Shown here: piece by piece, positions 57,096-64,000 of the stretch
Numbering within the stretch: position 1 is the stretch's first letter
Layout of the letters: every line of letters begins with the position of its first letter
Source: Macrostomum lignano
Lineage: Eukaryota
Direction: 5' to 3'
DNA length: 64,000 nucleotides
Assembly (NCBI GenBank): GCA_002269645.1
Contig: NIVC01000118.1
Coordinates: 62,001 to 126,000 of the forward strand
Position numbers and translations under genes: made by a program
The notes under the pieces: model-generated
Databases searched by the model: none
Told to the model about the DNA's origin: nothing
Seen by the model: the letters and a program-made list of their open reading frames with translations, nothing else

Positions 57096-60000
57096 ATGGA
57101 CCGACCATCGTCAGCCACCGACGATCTGGAAGACGAGCTGCTGTGTCCAGTGTGCCTGGACCTGTACACAGACCCTGTTGTGCTGCCCTGCTCGCACAGC
57201 CTCTGCCGCGAATGCCTTCGCCGGACACTGTCCGCTGTTGGCCGGCGCTGTCCGCAGTGTCGGCGCGACCTGCCGTTCGGTGTCGGCGCCGATTTGGACG
57301 GCGCCGTGGCGGCGCTGCCCCGGAATCTGGCGCTGGCAGCGTTTGTTGCCAGATTTCGGGACGAGCAGCAGAGAAAGAGCCGGGCTAAAGAGCGCCAGTT
57401 GAAGCAGGCGGAGCTGGAGCAAAAGCGGCAAGTTTTGTTGCAGAAAAAGTCGCGGCAGGATGAAGACGAGTCCGGCGGTTTGAGCTGCGAGCTGTGCCGC
57501 GGGGAGAGTGAGCAGTGCGTTGTTTGCGCGTTCATTTTTGTTGTTTTTTTTCTATTACGAAAATCTCAATCATCAATTTGAGAACTCCCTACAATCATCA
57601 ATATGAAAAATCCCAATCATCAATTTGAGAAATCCCTACAATCATCAATATGAAAAATCCCAATCATCAATTTGAGAACTCCCTACAATCATCAATATGA
57701 AAAATCCCAATCATCAATTTGAGAAATCCCTACAATCATCAATATGAAAAATCCCAATCATCAATTTGAGAAATCCCTACAATCATCAATATGAAAAATC
57801 CCAATCATCAATTTGAGAACTCCCTACAATCATCAATATGAAAAATCCCAATCATCAATTTGAGAAATCCCTACAATCATCAATATGAAAAATCCCAATC
57901 ATCAATTTGAGAAATCCCTACAATCATCAATATGAAAAATCCCAATCATCAATTTGAGAAATCCCTACAATCATCAATATGAAAAATCCCAATCATCAAT
58001 TTGAGAAATCCCTACAATCATCAATATGAAAAATCCCAATCATCAATTTGAGAAATCCCTACAATCATCAATATGAAAAATCCCAATCATCAATTTGAGA
58101 AATCCCTACAATCATCAATATGAAAAATCCCAATCATCAATTTGAGAAATCCCTACAATCATCAATATGAAAAATCCCAATCATCAATTTGAGAAATCCC
58201 TACAATCATCAATATGAAAAATCCCAATCATCAATATGAGAAATCCCTACAATCATCAATAATGAGAAATCCCTACAATCATCAATATGAGAAATCCCTA
58301 CAATCATCAATATGAAAAATCCCAATCATCAATTTGAGAAATCCCTACAATCATCAATATGAAAAATCCCAATCATCAATATGAAAAATCCCAATCATCA
58401 ATATGAGAAATCCCTACAATCATCAATAATGAGAAATCCCTACAATCATCAATATGAGAAATCCCTACAATCATCAATATGAAAAATCCCAATCATCAAT
58501 TTGAGAAATCCCTACAATCATCAATATGAAAAATCCCAATCATCAATTTGAGAAATCCCTACAATCATCAATATGAAAAATCCCAATCATCAATTTGAGA
58601 AATCCCTACAATCATCAATATGAAAAATCCCAATCATCAATTTGAGAAATCCCTACAATCATCAATATGAAAAATCCCAATCATCAATTTGAGAAATCCC
58701 TACAATCATCAATATGAAAAATCCCTACAATCATCAATATGAGAAATCCCTACAATCATCAATAATGAGAAATCCCTACCATCATCAATATGAGAAATCC
58801 CTACAATCATCAATAATGAGAAATCCCTACCATCATCAATATGAGAAATCCCTACAATCATCAATAATGAGAAATCCCTACAATCATCAATATGAGAAAT
58901 CCCAATCATCAATATGAGAAATCCCAATCATCATGAGAATTCCCAATCAGCATGAGAAATCCCAATCATCATGAGAAATCCCAATCATCAGCATGAGAAA
59001 TCCCAATCATCAGCATGAGAAATCCCAATCATCAGCATGAGAAATCCCAATCAGCATGAGAAATCCCAATCATCAATATGAGAAATCCCAATCATTATGA
59101 GAAATCCCAATCATCAGCATGAGAAATCCCAATCATCAGCATGAGAAATCCCAATCAATCATGAGAAATCCCAATCATCAACATGAGAAATCCCAATCAT
59201 CAGCATGGGAAATCCCAATCATCAGCATGAGAAATCCCAATCATCAGCATGAGAAATCCCAATCAGCATGAGAAATCCCAATCATCAGCATGAGAAATCC
59301 CAATCAATCATGAGAAATCCCAATCATCAGCATGAGAAATCCCAATCATCAGCATGAGAAATCCCAATCATCAGCATGAGAAATCCCAATCATCAGCATG
59401 AGAAATCCCAATCAGCATGAGAAATCCCAATCATCAATATGAGAAATCCCAATCATCATGAGAAATCCCAATCATCAGCATGAGAAATCCCAATCATCAG
59501 CATGAGAAATCCCAATCAATCATGAGAAATCCCAATCATCAACATGAGAAATCCCAATCATCAGCATGGGAAATCCCAATCATCAGCATGAGAAATCCCA
59601 ATCATCAGCATGAGAAATCCCAATCAGCATGAGAAATCCCAATCATCAGCATGAGAAATCCCAATCAATCATGAGAAATCCCAATCATCAGCATGAGAAA
59701 TCCCAATCATCAGCATGAGAAATCCCAATCATCAGCATGAGAAATCCCAATCATCAGCATGAGAAATCCCAATCATCAGCATGAGAAATCCCACGCCCCC
59801 TGCAGCCGGCCAGCCGAGCTCTACTGTCCCCAGTGCGAGGTGGCCTACTGCACCGACTGCCTTCGCCGCTACCACCCGAGCCTCGGGCCGTTGCGTCGAC
59901 ACGCCGTAGTCCAACTAGCCGGAGACGCCGACGTTCTCAGACGCCTTAGACGCTCCCTCCGCTATCGCCGAGGCCAGCAACAGCCGCCGCAACCGCTGCC

Positions 60001-63000
60001 GCCTTCGAGTGCCAACGGCGAGACGTCGAGGAGTCGCCAAAGTCAGCGCGGCGTCGGCGCCGGCGGCAGCCTCCCGCTGTGCCCCCGACATCCCGCCAAC
60101 CAGATTCGACTGCACTGCGCCACCTGCGACGTCGGCGTCTGCACCGACTGTCTCGCCGTCGACGACGACAGTCCCGAATCGACATCGGCGTCGATGTCGA
60201 GATCGGCCCCGTCGACATCGACGCCAGCTGGCCGACACGCCGGCCACTCGTTGATCACACTAACAGCGGCAGCCGAAGCTCGACGTGCCAAGTGTCGACA
60301 GCTTGGCGAGAAAGCCGCCGCCCTAGCGCTGGAAGTCGACAGAGAGGCGACGTCGACCAGACGAGCAAGGGACCGGCTCAGGTCGACGATTGTCGAGGCG
60401 CGCCGCAGTCTGGAGCTGCAGAGTCGGCGGGCGGCGCTGGATTTGGCGGCGGCTGTCCGGGCGGTCCGGGCGGACGCGGAATACCGGGCTGCGGCGCTTG
60501 AAGATGCCGCGGAGGCGGCGGCGCGGCTGGAGAGACAGCTGGCTGCTCAGGTGAATGACGGGTCATGCATATTGAATGACCGTTTATGAATATTGAATGA
60601 CTGGTCATACTGATTGCATGACTGGTCATGGATATGGAATGACTGGTCATACATATTGAATGACAGGTCATGCATATTGAATGACTGGTCATGCATATTG
60701 AATGAAGGGTCATGGATACTGGATGACGGGTCATGCATATTAAATGACGGGTCGTGTATATTGAATGACTGGTCATGGATATGAAATGACTGGTCATACA
60801 CTGAATGAAAGGTCATGCATATTAAATAACGGGTCATGGATACTGGGTGACGGGTCATGCATATTAAATGACTGATCATGGATATGAAATGACTGGTCAT
60901 GGATGTTTAATGACTAGTCATGCATACTGAATGACAGGTCATAGAGAATAAATAACTATAGTCATGGATACTGAATGACTGATCTTACTTATTAAATGAC
61001 GGGTCATATTCTCCAGAGTCGACTCTCCTCCCGGCTGACCCGAGTGTCCCGCCAGCTGCTGCAGTCGTCAACCTCGCCGCCATCATCAGCCGGGACTTCC
61101 CTAGCAACCGATGCAGCCACTGACCAGACAGACCTGCAGGAGTCCGCCTACCTGGCCGGCCTTCGCCAGTTCGACCGCTGCTCCGACAAGGCGAGCTCGC
61201 TGGCCGACTCTGGCGCCGCTCTGCGTCTCGGCTTGGAGTCTCGGGCGGCCGAGGCCAAGCAGCTGCCTGCCGAGTTCAACGACCGGCTGCGGCGACACCT
61301 GGCAGAGGTCTGGCTGCTGGCGGCGCCGCTGAGAGCCGGGCAGGCAGCTGACGAGGAGCGCAGGTGAGACGCGAGTGCGAGGTGCTGGCGAGACGTCTTG
61401 TGCTCTCTTATGGCTCTTCCCCTCCGTTTTCCCGCTTTCCCCTCCATTTTCCCGCTTTCCCCTCCGTTTTCCCGCTTTCCCCTCCGTTTTCCCGCTTTCC
61501 CCTCCGTTTTCCCGCTTTCCCCTCCGTTTTTCCGCTTTCCCCTCCGTCTCCCCACTTCCCCTCCGTCTCCCCGCTTTCCCCTCTGTCTCCCCACTTCCCC
61601 TCCGTCTCCCCACTTCCCCTCCGTCTCCCCACTTTCCCCTCCGTCTCCCCACTTCCCCTCCGTCTCCCCACTTTCCCCTCCGTCTCCCCACTTCCCCTCC
61701 GTCTCCCCACTTCCCCTCCGTCTCCCCGCTTTCCCCTTCGTCTCCCCGCTTTCCCCTCCGTCTCCCCGCTTTCCCCTCTGTCTCCCCGCTTTCCCCTCCG
61801 TCTCCCCGCTTTCCCCTCCGTCTCTATGCTTTCCCCTCTGTCTCCCCACTTTTCCCTCCGTCTCCCCGCTTTCCCCTCCGTCTCCCCGCTTTCCCCTCCG
61901 TCTCCCCGCTTTCCCCTCCTTCTCTCCGCTTTCCCCTCTGTCTCCCCGCTTTCCCCTCCGTCTCTCCGCTTTCCCCTCTGTCTCCCCACTTTCCCCTCCG
62001 TCTCCCCACTTCCCCTCCGTCTCCCCGCTTTCCCCTCCGTCTCCCCACTTCCCCTCCGTCTCCCCGCTTTTCCCTCCGTCTCCCCACTTTTCCCTCCGTC
62101 TTCTTATTTTCCCCTCCGTCTCCCCACTTTCCTTTCCGTTTCTCACAACTTCTCTCCATCCTTCCATCTTCCCGTCTCTTTTGTCTCCCTGTTTCCCTAA
62201 ATCCCTCAATTGCGACACGGAAGCTATCATATTCCCATTCAATCAATCGCGCGTGCTTTGCAGCTGCCGGCCACCTGGAACTGCCGGAAGCATTCCCGAG
62301 TCTCGTCCTGATACGGCTTCAACTACTCATAGTAATGGCGGCGGCACTGGCAAGCCGTCAGCTGCGCAGGCGCTGTTTCCGCGCGAGGCGTCCACTTGGG
62401 GCTTCTCAACCGCCGTGTTCAGCCCCGACTGCCCAGTCTCTAATGGGACTTCGTGGACGATTCTGATTGGCTGGGGCCAGCACCAGCACTTGCATCAGCA
62501 GCAGCCTCAGTGGTCGGATATTCTCGCTTCTACAGGCGTATCAGAGCGTCCAATTTTGTCTGCTGGGAATTTTAATTCCAATTCGTCTTCTTCTTTGGCG
62601 CAGAAGCAGCAACAGCAGCAGCGACTGTTGCTTGGCGACTGCGGATTCGGACTGATTGTGACGGAGCGCTGCGTCGCTTTCATTGCTAGAGGCGGAGAGC
62701 TGGCCCAGCGGCCTGTCTGCCGGCTGCCGCTATCTCCCGCTTCTTCTTCTTCTAGTAGCAGCAATGGCAGCGTTTCCTTGCGGGTCTGCATCCGCCTGTC
62801 CCTGCCGCCGCACGGCCCGGCTGCACTGGCTTATGAAATCTCCGAACAACAACAGCAGCAGCAAGACTCTTCTTCTAGTAGCAGCAATGCTTCGCTTAGC
62901 GGAGTTGAACTGCTTGGCACGAGGTGCAGCAGCCTGTACCCTGTGCTGTGCGTCACCAGTCGAGTTCGAGTGCAGGTGCTCGAGCAGCCAGCTGCCGCGT

Positions 63001-63014
63001 TGGTTGCTAGGTGA
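57096..63014 (+). CDS. TRIM-family E3 ligase: RING, B-box1, B-box2, coiled coil, SPRY/B30.2-like; about 753 aa
   Basis: Exons 57096-57514, 59806-60550, 61017-61363, 62264-63014 (2262 nt). RING CPVC...LPCSHSLCREC...CPQC...LPRNLAL; B-box1 CELC...CPQCEVAYCTDC...HP..GPLRRH (TRIM9-like); B-box2 CPRH...CATCDVGVCTDC...H.GH; C-terminal RVCIRL...LYPVLCV. The first donor position is the least certain. Confidence 0.82.
57560..58900. repeat. 47-bp minisatellite (AATCATCAATATGAAAAATCCCAATCATCAATTTGAGAAATCCCTAC)n in TRIM intron 1
   Basis: Direct reading; the unit is a dimer of ~22-25 bp monomers. Confidence 0.97.
58900..59792. repeat. 22-bp minisatellite (AATCATCAGCATGAGAAATCCC)n, monomeric relative of the 47-bp array
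   Basis: Direct reading; ends about 13 bp before the splice acceptor. Confidence 0.97.
60553..61010. repeat. Degenerate 21-bp minisatellite (ATATTGAATGACTGGTCATGC)n filling TRIM intron 2
   Basis: Direct reading. Confidence 0.92.
61415..62120. repeat. 21/22-bp pyrimidine-rich minisatellite (TTTCCCCTCCGTCTCCCCGC)n in TRIM intron 3
   Basis: Direct reading; source of the many Pro/Ser and Gly/Glu ORFs here. Confidence 0.95.
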
Positions 63015-63349
63015 ACTGTTGCTCTAGATCTCACTCTGGACTGCAGATTTTCAAGCACCAGGCTTTGTCGTCAGATTTTGGCCATAGACAAAAACTAATA
63101 AAACCCCAGCTGGGTTGATGCATTGCGGGACAATGTTGCCTTGTTGCGAATATTTGTATATGTATATATATTTCATTCTGAAATTAAATTTATTATCTTC
63201 CTTCGGGATATTGAATACCTGTGTGAAATATGCTCTTATGCATTCAAAATAAGGGTATTAATATACCTCCTAATCAATGCTTTCGTCACATTCGACTACT
63301 AATAAAAATTTTATAAGTTTTCAACCCACTAAAATTTTGATTACTTAGA

Positions 63350-64000
63350 TCAATAAACTGTTGAGTTGAGCAATGGTTCCTGTTGCTGTCTCCATAGCTG
63401 CTGCAGAAGCCACTGAGCAGTTTGATGATCCCGGAGCACGCAGGCAGACGTGGCCGACGCTGCGAAGCCGCAATTCGCTGTCCGCTTCGACGCTCCGCTG
63501 CACAAGCAGAAGGTTTCGGAGGTGGCTAAAACTCCTGGCTGACCGTCGTCAGACCAGCCACCGATGGACAGAATTCGGGTGCCACCGTCCAGGGCGACGG
63601 CTGACAGGTTGCTCTTGGCCTGCAGCATCTGCAATTGGGTACAGCTGACTGGGTTGCATTTGTATCTAAAAAATTATTTATGCGCATGTAAATGTGCCGT
63701 GGTCTTCGCGCGTGTGTTGCACCTGTTTACACTTCCTGTATCTGTGAACAGTTTGTGCCCATGTTCACATTCTGCATCTGTGTACAGGTATCAATTCTCA
63801 TTCTCATTCTGAACCTACATCACATACGAGCGTAGAAGTCTGTTCTCTCACCTGTCCTACCTCTACCCATTCGTTGTCCAGTCCACTGAGTCGGTACTTC
63901 TCGATCGAGCGCAGCCTCTTCTCCCCATCGTTGCCCCCAACTGCATAGACTGCGTCGCCAATAGCAACCAGAGCGACGCCACTTCGCGGATGGCACATAC
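63350..64000 (-). CDS. Kelch-repeat protein (KLHL10-like), last two coding exons; 5' part outside the window
   Basis: Exons >64000-63852 and 63628-63350: MCHPRSGVALVAIGDAVYAVGGNDGEKRLRSIEKY...EWVEVGQ|MLQAKSNLSAVAL...ILSIGGW; kelch GG/Y/W motifs, closest to KLHL10 from memory. Confidence 0.82.

Overview
Eukaryotic (animal) genomic DNA with eight protein-coding genes whose exons I reconstructed by hand. GC-rich Ala/Ser/Gln-rich exons, 61-71 bp minimal introns and larger introns filled with minisatellites suggest a free-living flatworm such as Macrostomum (inference from style only). Minus strand: TRAPPC8 (12 coding exons, 37804-10191), SNX25 (4533 to window start) and the 3' end of a kelch-repeat (KLHL10-like) gene. 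Plus strand: HAUS5-like, UCKL1, TM2D1, GEMIN7 and a RING-Bbox-Bbox-coiled coil-SPRY TRIM gene, closely packed like an operon. Roughly half of the window is tandem repeat; it also has tRNA-derived SINEs, a CMC/EnSpm relic and hAT-type MITEs. Most unusual: (1) an ~8 kb domain (about 34.7-42.75 kb) between the divergent TRAPPC8 and HAUS5-like genes with heavy C>T/G>A decay, where a SINE copy has lost 14 of 14 alignable CpGs and the 5' coding exon of the HAUS5-like gene appears to survive only as a stop-riddled ghost; (2) a 296 bp hAT MITE carrying a 64 nt copy of 28S rRNA helices 69-71 scrambled at the R2/I-PpoI target site; (3) a TM2D1 first exon with no ATG, whose start codon may come from the AUG-ended flatworm spliced leader. 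Family calls rest on remembered homologue sequences; no searches were run and all counts are by hand.
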